From the NCBI RefSeq assembly GCF_009914755.1, contig NC_060935.1: a stretch of 64,000 nucleotides of DNA; one strand, given 5' to 3'. The notes under the pieces are model-generated. The model did no database searches, had not been told where the DNA came from, and saw nothing but the letters and a program-made list of their open reading frames with translations. Source of the stretch: the human T2T-CHM13v2.0 reference genome, Homo sapiens. Position numbers and translations under genes: made by a program. Shown piece after piece: positions 26,850-40,513 of the stretch (positions within the stretch are counted from its first letter, which is position 1; each line of letters begins with the position of its first letter).

Positions 26850-27187
26850 TGCAATGGGCAGACTGAGTGCTTGCAAAATTCATGTTATAATCTTAGCCCC
26901 CAATGTGGTGGTATTAGAAGGTAGGGCCTTTGGGAAGTGATTAAATCATGAGGTGGAACCCTTGTAAACAGAATTTGTAACCTTATAATGGCCCAAAGGA
27001 GCTTGTTTATTCCTTTCATCAGGTGAGGACACAGCTAGATGGCACCATCTATGAGGAAGCTGGGCTTCACCAGACAAGTATTTGTGTGCTTTGATCTTGG
27101 ACTGGAAATGTGAGAAATAAAATTTTGCTGTTCATAAGCTACCTAGTTTATGGTATTTTGCTATAGCAGCCTTGAAAGACTAAGACC
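26850..27187 (+). mobile_element. MLT1A-type solo LTR
   Basis: cccccaatgtggtggtattagaaggtagggcctttgggaagtgatta...tatagcagcc...gactaagac; perfect 5-bp TSD aaggc. Confidence 0.88.
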
Positions 27188-27289
27188 AAGGCCTAGGCAC
27201 CTGGACTTTTCATCTTTTGAGAAATTGAACAAAGTATTTCTCTTTACCACTTAAGCTGAAAATTATCATTTTTGGACTGGCAACATTAA

Positions 27290-28740
27290 TTGATTGACAT
27301 TATTGTCATTACTCTTATACACATTCTATTTTGTAGTTCTTCTTGGCCATGCCTATGTATTCTCTTTTTCTGTTTCTTTGTATTAATTGAAGCTTTTTTA
27401 GTTTCTTTCCACACACTTATTTTTTCTTTGTTTTCTCTTTTTGTGTTTGAAAGTTTACAATTTATTTCTGTTTCTGTTGAGTTTACTTTTAAATTGTAAC
27501 AGGCATAACTGATGTAGAAAGTCTAATGTTAATCAACATTTATATCCTCCTCTCAAGAACAAGACTCAAAAAACTTAACTCTGATCACTTATTCTCATTT
27601 TACATGTTGTTATTTTCTGTATTATCCCACTTTGATTTTTGTAATCTCCTAAATTAGCACTGTGGTTTTATTTATGTATATAGTCAGTGCTTATTTGGAT
27701 TTACCAAAGCCTGCATTAGTATCTTACTTCTTATTCTTCCTACGTCTCAGATCATCTTTCTGAGATATTTTTCTAATTTCTTTCAGAAATATATTCTTAA
27801 GTAGCTTTTTGTGATGAGTTCATCTTCATGTAAAAATGTCTTTATTTTGCCCTAACTTGTGAATTCTAAATTTGTAGTCTTTTTCTCTCAGCACACAAAA
27901 ATATACCAACTCCTTTCTGACTTGTGTTATGGTTACTGAGAAACGTGCTGCTTGTCTAAATATTATTCCTCTGTGGAAATTCTATTTCTTTCCTCAGGTT
28001 ACTTTTAAGGTCTACTTTTTTATAAGATAATTCTTTTGCATTTACTGAGATCAACAACTCTTCTCCTTTCTGTCATTTTCTGTTTGTACATTTTTGGTGG
28101 AAGTTTTTTTTCTGCTTCTATGTCTTGAAATTTTAGATTGTGAACTAATGTTTGGTAGTGCTTTATCTTTAGGAATTCTATTTCTTCTGGGTTGGAATAA
28201 TCTCATTCTAGAGATATTTTGATTTCCTTTTTGCTGGGCACCCAAGGAGTTTTAGCATTTCAGGGGAAATTTTTTATAGTAGCATAATCTCAATAGCCTA
28301 GCTCTGGCCTGTGGTCATCAATTCTTAGGAGAAATTATTATTTGTGTCCCACCTGAGTCATACTGAGAAAGAAAAACTTCCTCCATGCAGCTGTACAGGA
28401 GAGGGTGGATTTTTTTCTCCCCAGTCCACCTTTTTTACTGAGCCCATATAAGTTTTGAATTTCTCCCAAGTGTTTCCGGTTCCCTGTGGCCTATGACCTT
28501 GTGTCTGTTAGATGTTAAAATTTCTTATTTAATGAGACCAACGGTCATCTTTTTTTCTCCCCCTCCTCATACCACTACAGGGCTTCTGAAGCATCAGCTC
28601 AAGTGTTTCTCTGACTTTTTGGCTTCCAGTTCATCCTCTTACTTTCTTGTATGCCAATCTATATATTTCATCCTTCATTTTTACCTCTTTTTTAGAGGGG
28701 CATTTTCAGGCTTTCTCCTCTTTTACAGTGCTGGAGATAG
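27290..28740 (-). mobile_element. Old L1ME-like fragments
   Basis: Antisense L1 debris (aaaatgtctttattttgccct...ttctctcagcac). Confidence 0.55.
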
Positions 28741-28769
28741 AGGCCTCTCTTCTATTTTTTTAGAACTCC

Positions 28770-29055
28770 CACTCACCCATCAGAACTCAGCTCAAAATCT
28801 ACATGCTCAGTGATTTTTTTCTTTCATCTCTATTGTACATATCACAGTACTTCCTAAGGTTCCCACATCACACCATTCAAAATTTGTATTTATACATTTG
28901 ATTGTGCAATTCTGATTAAACTTTGTCTCCTTTATAATTTATTCAGTTCCCTCATGGGAGGAAGCATGTGTTTTACTCATGATTGTCCATGAGCCAAGCA
29001 CAGCTCCAGGCACAAGTTTATGTTTAGTAAATAAATGTTTGATAAATTAGTGAAT
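28770..29055 (+). mobile_element. L2 3' fragment
   Basis: ctcagctcaaaat...gagccaagcacagctccaggcaca...agtaaataaatgtttgataaattagtgaatg. Confidence 0.6.
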
Positions 29056-29224
29056 GTTAGAACCTGGATAGGGATGATGAAAAATTAACACATACCATTC
29101 AAGCATTGCAATTCAGGCTCTTTAATGTAAGATGAAGAAAACTGGAGGTGATTTTAAGACAGAGAAAATTAACAAAAGGAAAGATTTAGCGTTCCTCTGT
29201 AAATATTGGAGAAATACAGGTAAT

Positions 29225-29400
29225 AACACTGAATCTGATGTTTAGCTCTGTAATCTATCAGGTGATTTTGGAACAGTTGCTAATTCTCAATGTTTTCTTT
29301 TTTGACTAACAGATACCCACACACTAATGTTAAGATGGGGACAAAATGAAATAAATAATGTAAAATGGGACCTTACACATAGTCCAAATTTACTAATAAC
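29225..29400 (+). mobile_element. MIR fragment
   Basis: agctctgtaatctatcaggtgattttggaacagttgctaattctc...aaaatgaaataaataatgtaaaa. Confidence 0.5.
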
Positions 29401-29590
29401 CATAGCCCTTTTTTACCCGGAAAACTTTAAAGGAGAATTTACTGTTAAACTCAGCCTTAAGAAACCCCTTCTGAATATAAAGATGTGCAAGGATTGGCCA
29501 TGAAGCTTGGTGATAGTTGGGTATCTTCTGTTGGAAAACTGCATGTGGGGTCATTGTGATTATGTACAGTGGTTCCAGTCATCTTGTGCT

Positions 29591-29716
29591 GAGGTGGTGG
29601 GTGGATTAGGTGAGGTGGTGGGTGGATTAGGTGAGGTGGTGGGTGGATTAGGTGAGGTGGTGGGTGGATTAGGTGAGGTGGTGGGTGGATTAGGTGAGGT
29701 GGTGGGTGGATTAGGT
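29591..29716. repeat. Perfect 21-bp minisatellite (GAGGTGGTGGGTGGATTAGGT) x6
   Basis: Six identical units, directly visible. Confidence 0.98.
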
Positions 29717-31971
29717 GGCCATTCTTATCTATGAGTCTTGATTAATTGCACATAACCACAAAAAAAAACAAAAGTTATTTGGAGAGTCCTTTTCATCTTA
29801 ACTGGCTGAAAGTCTTGCTCTACATTTAAATGTGTTACTCAGTGTGTATCAGGTATTTAAATCAATTCTCACTTTCTTATATTAGCACTAATAAACTCAG
29901 AGTTGCATTAACTTATTGAAACATCTTTATATTTGGTCCCAAAGCAGAAAAATCAGTCTTCTGACTAGATAGGGTTCCTACATGTTCAGTATTACCATTG
30001 ATCATGAACCTCCTTCCGTAAGAGCATGTAGGAATCCTTCTAGGTGAATGATGAGGAGCAGACAGAAGGCAGAGAGACAGACTTTAAAAAATCTGTTTAA
30101 ATTAAGATTTTAATATCTCTCCACATGGTAGGTAGATTGTATCCCAAATTCCCTACCCTCAATACAGTTAATAATTTAAAAGAGGCATGATTTAGCAGTG
30201 ATATTAAAGCTCACATTACCTTTTTTCTGGTCCTAGAATTGCTTTTATGCATATACAAAGCAGGAGGCTACCTACGTGATGTGACTTATAGGATACTAGG
30301 AACTAGCCTTCATCTGAAAATATTACCTTCTATGCGCTATTTCATCACTGATGTTGATTCCTACTTTGAAAATGCAAATATCTCTACTACAATGAATTGG
30401 TTACACGGGTACTAAATATGTTTAAAATGTGTTGCATATTTTGGGTGACCCACTGGCAGATTAAATAATCCTGAGATATTTGGCATAACTATGGCTAACC
30501 TGCTAAATCCACTCCACCCTTTTCCGATTGGATAACTGCCAATCAAAAGCTACATGGATGCTTATTTATTGCCATAAACTAACAGTATAATTTTCTCCCT
30601 CTTTAATTCAGGCTGGGTTCAGGGATGTTTTATAATCCAGCTTCCACTAGTGAGGGTACAGCATTCCTCCAGTCAAACCAATTATTTTAAATTTGTTTTA
30701 TGCTTCACATCAGAACATAATCCAGAGAAATAGAGAGGGCCTTCTTTTCCTTCAATGACTGAAGAAAAGTACTACCAAAGCCATTTTATTTTACAAGAGG
30801 AGCCAGTCTGCAGACCAAACTGACAGGAAAAGGAGGATGGAGTCACAGGTACACAAAATCTGTGCAGCACATCTAAATTTTTAATTCTATGAATGTATAA
30901 TTTTTCTTTATTTTTTTAAAAGTCCATTGCATTCAGTTTTCTATTACTTGCTAGTATACCCATCTTAAAAGACACTCTTGCTTTTCCATCATTGGCTGTT
31001 AATGAATAATGGTCTGTTCTGTTTTAGATTCCTAAGGCTGGGACAACCTCCCTCTGATACTAATGTCCCACAGTGGCATTACAGTGTGTTGGGAAGAAGA
31101 TAAGAAAAATTTCATAAAGGCAAGAGATAGTAGTGGTCACACTGAAGAATGGATAAACATTCTCTAGGTAGGTCAGGACAATGAGCAAGTATTCCTACAA
31201 ACTAAAAAATGAACATCTATTGTCAACCGAGGCTCTCGATACAGCTAAATTGGGCTTTCTGTTACTCAACCTCTAAATTAAAAGCTGTTTTTCAAATTAA
31301 ATTGATTTAGCACCACATAATTTTTTTTCATTTTTATGAACAAAAAAGTGTTTACAGATAAGTGCTGTTTCATGGACCAGTGCTAGTGAAGCATTGTCTG
31401 GGTAAGAGACAATTGCATCTGCCATATCCATGACAGCAAGAACTACTATATTTTGGTTGAGGATGGAAAAGAAGTTATCTGAGGCAGAAATTTCAGGATT
31501 TGATGATAGCAAACAGGTATTATGTCTTACATTTAATTATGTGATAGATTGCTTTTGTGTGACCTTATCTCTAAAAACTCAGTAACATTTGGAATTTAAA
31601 TCCTCTCTCTAAAGTTTAAACAGATCTTTTGGGGAGGACATCTCTTCCACAAACTCTGTTAAATTCATCACCTGGGCTTTGAAACAACACTGCTTGTTGT
31701 CTAGGTAGCATGTGAGTCTTTAGCAGAACAACTTTTACAGCTTTGGCTTTTGGGGTTCCTTCCTATAAGAGTCCCTGGGGCCAGGTTGGGGAGCAAATAC
31801 TGTATTCTCGTTTCTGAATTTTTCTGTTTTTCCCCTTAGAGCCCACCTATAACTCCTCCTTTCCTTTAGCATATGAATAAATATCTTCAGGTTAATCAAA
31901 TCATGCCCATAAACAACCATGTTTATTCATCCAATTACTTCTTAAACTTAGCTAGGACGCTCTGTAGCCCA

Positions 31972-33333
31972 TTTTTTTCCTTTTAACTTTTTTGCCACAT
32001 AATAATCGTACATGTTTATGGGATACAGAAGATATTTTGATACATGTATACAATGTATAATAATCTTATCGTGTCAATTAGCATATCTGTTACCTCAAAG
32101 ATTATCATTTCTTTGTGTTGGGAACATTCAAAATCTTCGAGCTTTTTAAAAATATACAATATATTACTAACTATATTCACCTTACAACGCTATACAGCAC
32201 TAGAACTTTTTTCTACTGTAGAGCTACAACTTTTTATCCATTAAAAATCCTCTCCCTGTCCTCCCCTGTCTCCTCCTCTTCCCAGGCTCTAATAACCACA
32301 GTTCTACTCTTTACTTCCACGTGCTCAACTTTGTAGATCCCACATGAGTGAGAACGTGCATTATTTATCTTTCTGGGTCTGACTTACTTCACTTAATGTA
32401 ACGTCCTCCAGGCTCATCCATGTTGTCTCTAATGACAGGATTTTATTCTTTTTTATGACTGAAGAGTGTTCCTTTGTGTATATATTCAACGTTTTCTTTA
32501 TTCATCTGTTGATGGACATTTGGGCTGATTTTATATTCAGGCTATTGGGAATAATGCTGCAATTAACATAGGGATACAGATATCTCTTTGAAACACTGAT
32601 TTCCTTTCCTTTGCATAAATATCCAGTAGTGGGACTGCTGGATCATATGGTTCTATCTTTAGTTTTGTTGAGGACTCTCCATACTGTTTGCCATAATGGC
32701 TGTATAATTTACATTTCCACCAATAAAGTATAGGAGCTCCCTTTTCTTTGCATCCTTGCCAGCATTTGGGGTCAGGTGATATCTCATTGTGGTTTTAATT
32801 TGTATTTCCCTGATGATTAGTGATCTTGAGAATTTTTTCATATACTTTTTGGCCACTTGAATGTCTTTTTTTGAAAAATGTCTATTCGTATCCCATATTT
32901 TAATGGAATTTTAAAAGAACCCTTGTGTTATTTGACTTTCTTGCATATTCTGGATGTTATATGGATACTTGTCATATGGATAGTTTGCAAATATTTTCTC
33001 CCATTCTACAAGTTGTCTTCTGACTCTGTTGATTATTTCCTTTGCTGTGCAGAAGCTTTTTAGTTTGAGATAGTACCATTTGTTTGTTTTTGTTTTTGTT
33101 GTCTGTGCTTTTTAAGTCTTATCCATAAAGTATTTTACTAACCAATGTCCTAAAGCTTTTATCTTACGTTTTCTTCTAGTGTTTTCGATAATTTCAGGTC
33201 TTTCATTTAGTTCCGTAACCTATCTTGAGTTGATTTTTGTATGTGATGAGAGATAGGGGTTTATTTCATTCTTGTGAATATGAATATCCAATTTTCCTAG
33301 CAGCATTTACTGAAGAGGGTGTCCTTTTCCAGC
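31972..33333 (-). mobile_element. L1MA-type 3' fragment
   Basis: T-rich tail, L1MA 3'UTR and ORF2 C-terminus antisense (ORF 32659-32856 [18 protein letters not shown]). Confidence 0.88.
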
Positions 33334-34894
33334 AGTACATTTAATATAATTGAGTATCTAGACATTCAGCATCTATCTAGCAGAAATGCATTAATGATTA
33401 CAGCCAAGAACATAGTGAAATGATATGTAGAATAATACAAAATATTTAAATCAAATATGCATTTGATTAAGAGATTGATCCCAAAACCTGTAAGATCGAG
33501 AAAGTAGAAATATTGAGCTGCAACTATATTCTGATGAATGTTCTCTTGGTAACGTCCTACTAATCGATACTTATTTTGTTACACAGAGGACACCATATAA
33601 ATAAATCTTGAGATTATAATTTAAAGATAGCTAATATTGGAAATTTAGCTTTTGGAAGAAGATGTAATTGGTCTAATCTTGGATAGTTAGCTCTTTGCTA
33701 CAACAACAAACTTAATGACAACTCCTGAGACTAAGGCCATCTGAATCACTAATGCTGTCAAAAAAGTTCTGTGTGGAAGTCACATAAAATCAACATATTC
33801 CCTCCTATTTGTATGTAATTTAAAAGTAGAGCATATGATTTTTAGTCAGCCCCTCAAGCATTCTGCATTGAGAGACAAAAGCTTATTAGTCACAGATCCA
33901 GCATCAAAGAACATTTTAAAATGTAAGCAATTCCCTTCTCCAAATTGAGAAGATCAGCTAAGTTGCATGCTAAAATAAGGAAATTAACAACGTCTCAAAG
34001 AGCCTTATCTTGTCTTAAAAAAGAGACTCATGCCAGTCTTCCCATGGGGTTTATTAGAGGAATGGGAAAAAAGTTTTCCAATTTTATTGGAAATCTAGAC
34101 TGACTGAAGTACAGTTATCTAATTTAGTAGGAATATTTTGTCATTTCCTAGCTAATAAATTCCATAGCTGGAACAGAATACAGAACCCAGAAATAAAGCA
34201 AAATACCCACAGCCAACTGATCTTTGACACAACTGACAAGAACATACACTGGGGAAATGACATCGTTTTCAATAAGTGCTGGGAATATTGGATTGTTGTA
34301 TGCAGAAGAATAAAACTGGACTCCTATCTCTCACTGTACACAGAAATCAACTCAAGGTGGGTTAAAGACTTAAATGTGAGACCTAAAATTATTTTTTAAA
34401 AAATACTAGAAGAAAACCTAGGGAAAGCTCTTCTGGACGTTGGTTGTGGCAAAAAATTCATTGTTAAGACCTCAAAAGCACAAGAAACAAAAATAAAAAT
34501 AGACAAATGGGACTTAGATAAACTAAAAAACTTCTGCACAGCAAAGGAAATAATCAACAGACTAAACAGAAAACCTGCAGAATGAGAGAAAATTTTTGCA
34601 AACTGTGCATCATACAGGGGACAAATATCCATAATATATAAGGAACTCAACAAAAAACTCCCCAAATAATCCCATTAGTAAGTGGGCAAAGGGCATGAAT
34701 AGACACTTCTTAAAAGATGACATACAAATAGCCAACAAGCATATGAAAAAATGCTCAACATCACCAGTCATCAGATAACTCCAAGTTAAAACCACAACGG
34801 GATATCAGCTTACACCAGTCAGAATGGCCATTATCAAAAAGCCAAAAATAACAGATGGAGAGGATGTGGAGGAAAAGGAATGTTAGTGGGAATG

Positions 34895-35226
34895 TAATAT
34901 GGTTTGACTGTGTCCCCACCCGAATTTCACCTTGAATTGTAATAATCCCCATGTGTCAAGGGCAGGGCCAGGTAGAGATAATTGAATCATGGGGGTGGTT
35001 CTCCCATACTGTTTTTGTGGTAGATCTGATGGTTTTGTAAATGGCAGTTCCCCTGCACAAGCTCTCTTGCCCTCCCAACATGTAAGAAGTCCCCTTTATT
35101 CTTTCTTCATATTTCGCCATGATTGTGAGGCCTCCCCAGCCATGTGGAACTTTGAGTTCATTAAATCTCTCTCCTTTATAAATTACCTAGTCTTGGGTAT
35201 TAGCAACATGAGAATGGACTAATACA
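34895..35226 (+). mobile_element. THE1 solo LTR
   Basis: atatggtttgactgtgtccccacccgaatttcaccttgaattgt...ggactaataca; perfect TSD gaatg. Confidence 0.92.
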
Positions 35227-35453
35227 GAATGTAAATTAATACAACCTCTATGAAAAACAGTATGGAGATTTCTCAAAGAAGAAAAAATAGAACTACCATT
35301 TGATCCAGCAATCCTACTACTGGGTATATATCCAAAGTGAAAGAAATTATTATATCAAAAAGATACCTGTACTTATCTGTTTATCACAACACTATTCCCA
35401 ACATGGAATCAACCTGTGTGTCCATCAATGGATGATTGGCTAAAGAAAATGTG

Positions 35454-35494
35454 ATATATATATATATATATATATACATATATGTGTATATATA

Positions 35495-35526
<32 letters not shown>

Positions 35527-35536
35527 CACATACACA
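35454..35536. repeat. (TA)n-rich microsatellite
   Basis: Directly visible inside the L1. Confidence 0.9.
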
Positions 35537-35828
35537 TAATGGAATCCTATTTAGGTATAAAAAATAAAATTGTGTCTTTTGCAGCTATGTAAATGGAACC
35601 AGAAGCCATTATCCTAAGTGAAACAACTCAGAAACAGAAAGACAACTACTGCCCTCACTTATAAGTGGGAGCTAAATAATACGTACACATAGACACACAG
35701 TGTGGACTGATGGGCGTTGGAGATTCAGAAATGGGGAGAGTTGGTGGGGGGCGTGGTGAATGAGGAGAAATTACTTAATGAATACAATGTACATTATTTT
35801 GGTAATGGATACACTAAAAACCCAGACT

Positions 35829-36222
35829 GGCCAGGCACAGTGGCTCATGTCTGTAATCCCAGCACTTTGGGAGGCCGAGGCAGGTGGATCACCTGAGGTC
35901 AGGAGTTAGAGACCAGCCTGGCAAACATGTTGAAACCCCATTTCTACTAAAAATAGAAAAATTAGCTGGGCATGGCGGCACAGGCCTGTAATCCCAGCTA
36001 CTCAGGAGGCTGAGGCAGGAGAATCACTTGAACCCAGGAGGCAGATAAATAAATCTTGGGATTATAATTTAAACATAGCTAATATTGCACATTTAGCCTT
36101 TGGAAGAAGATGTAACTGGTCTAATCTTGGATACAGCCAAGATTGCGCCATTGAACTTCAGCCTGGGCAACAAGAATGAGACTCCATCTCAAACATTAAG
36201 TAAACAAATAAATAGAAAATAC
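35829..36222 (+). mobile_element. AluS with 89-bp foreign insertion in the right arm
   Basis: ggccaggcacagtggctca..., A-rich tail, TSD-like aaacccagact/aaactcagact; non-Alu insert at 36045-36133. Confidence 0.95.
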
Positions 36223-37151
36223 AAACTCAGACTTCAATTCTACACAATATATCCATGTAACAAAATTGCACTTTACCCCCTAAATTTACATAAATAAAAA
36301 TAAATAAATGAATAAATAAAAATAAAATAAATTGCATAGCTGAGATTGATTCCAGGTCTGTGTAATTGCTAATATCACACACTTAAATTATAACACCACG
36401 TGCTTGCTTCTTTTGTTTCTGTAGTCATAACTTTGAACTAAAAGGCAGACATTCAGGTCAAAATCTGGTAATGTGCTTCTATATAACTTTTGTATTTTGA
36501 AAAATTGAAATCGTACAGGTATTGCCTCCCCATAATGGAAAATGTCCTAGGTTTGAAGTCTAATGCTGAAAACCCAGAACTGTATGTAATCTATCCAGTA
36601 CTGGGGTGGAAAAGAGTTACTTACTTCCCTTGTTCTGCTCACTGTAATTCTAATGACATATGCACTTTGCGTATGCCAACAGTTCTATTCAACAGGATCA
36701 TTAGGCCCTTTTAACTTAGTGCTTGAGAGGAAATAGTGGTGGGGAGGCTTTGTCCTAAGGAATTTATGTTACTTTCCATCTTATTTGATCATGGTGATGA
36801 CTACACTTTTCATTGAAGTCCCTTCCTGATTAGTATAGCTCACTCAAGAGAAAACTGAGAACCTTGTGGGATCTGTGGTCTAGTCAATGTTTTATTTGGG
36901 GGATTTGTTTGCAGATACTAATCATAATTTGGTTAGAACACCTCTATCCATGGGAATTAGAGAACCAAGACAATCTCATAGCTGATATTATAATTATGAT
37001 TTTGAATGATCTGAGCTCTGTTTTGAATAGAAAGACATAGCTTTAATTCTGAGATAGTTTCATTTTCCTGAGAATAAGATAATAAATAATCTCAAAAAAT
37101 ACAATTGTGGCAGAAATAGCTGTCCACCAAAATCCTTACTCTTCTTTCTGG

Positions 37152-37595
37152 TGACAATGACTCCCTCCTCACCAAATCTGAGTCAGGGTCCTCTCAGCCC
37201 CCTGTGTGGTTAGGCCCCAACCTTGTCCTGCTTAGCCAGTTTTAGCATTAATCCTGCTGCGTTAGTTTAGAGGAAATGGCTCAACCCTTGATATCTCTCA
37301 ATATTTGATCAAATTCCTCATATTCCACTCTCAATATCTAATCATGCTGACCTCTCATCAGGAAGAATCCTGTCAGATGTTTAGCCAGAATTTCCCTAGC
37401 TTTGATGTTTTCTTTTGGTAATTTTCCATCCCTCCATTGACGCCCACCCTGCTTGTTGGCTATAAATCCCCACTGATCCTTGATGGAGTTGAGAGTTGAG
37501 CCCAATGTCTCTCCCCTACTGCAAAACCCCATTGCAGTATCCCACAAATAGTCTGCCTTATCTTTAACAAGTGTTTGAAAGATTTTTCTTTAACA
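37152..37595 (+). mobile_element. MER31-type ERV1 solo LTR
   Basis: tgacaatgactccctcctcaccaaa...ggctataaatcccc...tttctttaaca; perfect 4-bp TSD ctgg. Confidence 0.85.
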
Positions 37596-37640
37596 CTGGT
37601 ATGTAACTGGAGTGCATTTTCCATCTTTTTTGCAGTTTGA

Positions 37641-38032
<392 letters not shown>

Positions 38033-40507
38033 CTGGCCTATGAAATCTTAACAGGTAGAATCCCTGTCAGCCTGGGCCTCTAAATAGCATGAAGCAGCTT
38101 TACTCCAATCTGGTACCCTTTTGGCCTGATGTATTAGTGGGAAATACACATTTATTGCAAGAGGTCTTTATCTGTTTGGATTGTTTAACCTAGCCTAAGT
38201 AATATGCAGAATATGAAGCCTTGAAGATGAGTGCTCCTAAAACAGAAGCCTAAATTCTGTGGCACTGGCTGAGAACCAAGGTGGGAGTTTCTGAGATCAA
38301 AAAGAGCTAGGTGGTAGCAAAACACTTAGTAAGTATGCTGATCTTGGATAACTTGGAAGGCAGATCAAGTGCTCTGAGTGTCTACATTTATAGGAGAGTG
38401 GTTGAGGGGAACCAGAATATCAGTAAGCGTTGGCTTCTTGTTTTACAAGAAGGTTTTGGACAAACCTGGGTGGTTTGTAGGCAGAAACTGAAGAATGCCA
38501 GTGACTTCTGTCCTTCAAAAAAAGGAGACAAGACTGATAAGGACTGAGCAACAGCAAGTAACTCATTAAGACTTCTCATTTTACCAAAGGGACTCTGCCC
38601 CGTAGCAAAGATCAGACAAAGAGTGCTACTTTCCCTCCAAAACCTTCCTTCCAGTTCTGTGTGACATCAAAGTAGCTGCCATTAAATTAAGGGACAAAGA
38701 AATAAGGCAGGAGTAAAAACTTTAGAAGAGAACCTTGGTTGGGATGTCTCACATGGGACAGACTGGAAGCAAGCAGATCAGAAGCCTTTCAAGTTTTAAG
38801 GTGACTGTTTTGTCCAACAACAAAGACAAATGTGATCCTGTCCTGGATCATATTTCAAAATGATCCAGTGAGTCAAATTTATTGCTTCATTACAAACATA
38901 TACTAGCAGGGAGTGGGCTGTGAAAGCTATAGAGCTCCTAAGGAGGGCATGTTTCCTAATATCCACTTCAGATGCAGCCATGGTATGGAATGAACAAGGA
39001 AGAACTTCCCAGCCAATGGAGGCGAGTGCTACAGATGGAGCTGGAGGCCATAGATAATGATTGCCCATAGGGACTCCAGCTAGGGCAGGGGCTTCTTAGT
39101 ACCTGTCTATCATGCCATGAACCAGAGAATTATAATGTGTTTTCCCTTTCTTTCAAATTTTTTATTGAAATTATGCCTTTGTCTTTGTCTGCCTTTCACT
39201 CATCGATCTATGTGACTATGCACACACACATATATTTATGTGGGAGTCTGGGTAGAGAGGGATAAAGCAGACATTTGTGTTTTGGTTCCTAAGTGACCAG
39301 GTGATGATGGAGATGACTGCATATCACCCAGCACATCTGGACTTGAGATACTCTATATTGTCTTCTTTGCAGAGGGACCTGAAGGCATTCTACTTGTTCA
39401 GGAAAGTGTGCAAATCAGTATTTGGCATGCAGAAGGGCAATTGTGTCAAAAACTGCTAGTCCTTAGCCAAAACCATTTCTAGTTTTCCTGAGCACAATAT
39501 CACTTAACTGCAGTTTGCCTTGTAGTTAAGTTCCTGAAAGTTCAAACTGTTAACAAAAGGCCTCATCATGTGTTAAGTAGCAACCACCTTGGCTATGCCA
39601 CAGACAACTTCTTAGTCTCTCTCTCTCTGCTTAAATTTTCTTACCTCTAAAATGAAGAAAGCAGGTTTTTATAGGATTAAGATGTAATTAAGAAAATTGT
39701 TCATAAATGCAATTTTACCGTGATTATCATTTAAGAACTATTCGATAAGTGTTTCTTCTTTTTTACCTGCTCAGTGTCAATTCTCTTATGGTCAGGGAAG
39801 TGGTTCTCAGGAGTAGCATGGCTTCTGAGCAGCAGATAACAAGAAGACAAGGGCAGAAGATGAGAACAGCCCTGTTTTGTGAACACAGGATGAAGACTGC
39901 CTTAGGAACTTCTAGAAATAGATGGAAATTTGTATGGTTGAGACTAAATGGTTATAGAGGAGAGGGCCATTAAATAATGAAGATAACTCGATTCTGCCTA
40001 CATAGACTGCTGGAGTATAGGAACATCAGAATAAAATGGTCCTCTTATAGATATGTGCTGCGTCTCATCTAGTTGATGGTTATGCTCTTGAAAGTTACTC
40101 AGCGGGCATTCAAATGACATTGAACTGTGATAGTAATATGAACCCTTTTCTCTGTCCTTTCAAGAAAGCAACTGGCTAGTCAGAAGACAGCTGAGTTATG
40201 CCTTTTCTTTGTCATATATATTTGGGGTACATAGCACTACAGTAATTATAATGTGTACTCTTTGGTTTTGCAAGAGGACTAAAGAGATATTTCATGTTTA
40301 AAAAATTCAAAATTGGCTTTGTCAAATATTGTGTTAGCAGCTGCATCTGCAGCCATAAAGGTAATGCATTATGAACATCCCATTCACTCCTATATTCTTT
40401 CCCCCATTCTTTCATCTATTATTCATTCACATTCTTAGGCATTGTTATTCACCTTCATTGTGTGGAAAGAAATGCTAAAAGAATGTTCAGACTCCTTTTT
40501 GGTATTA

Positions 40508-40513
40508 TTTATT
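40508..40513 (-). terminator. GUCY1A2: Candidate distal polyadenylation signal (AATAAA) of GUCY1A2
   Basis: tttatt on plus, with a U-rich tract downstream on minus (cattcttttagcatttctttcc). It coincides with the edge of the repeat-free block and with my recollection of a ~13.5 kb annotated UTR. Confidence 0.7.

Larger units (their letters stand above)
34170..36331 (+). mobile_element. L1 (L1MA/PB-type) 3' fragment hosting a THE1 LTR, (TA)n and an Alu
   Basis: ORF2 3' region (tggaacagaatacagaacccagaaataaa...), 3'UTR and (taaaa)n tail. Confidence 0.88.

Noticed and set aside
29507-29734. ORF with (EVVGGLG)n, and CRISPR-like appearance of the array
   Set aside because: Read-through of a 21-bp head-to-tail repeat with no spacers, in a primate genome.
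31972-36331. Oppositely oriented L1s as one twin-primed inversion
   Set aside because: Each has its own 3' end, they overlap in consensus position, and ~800 bp of unique DNA separates them.
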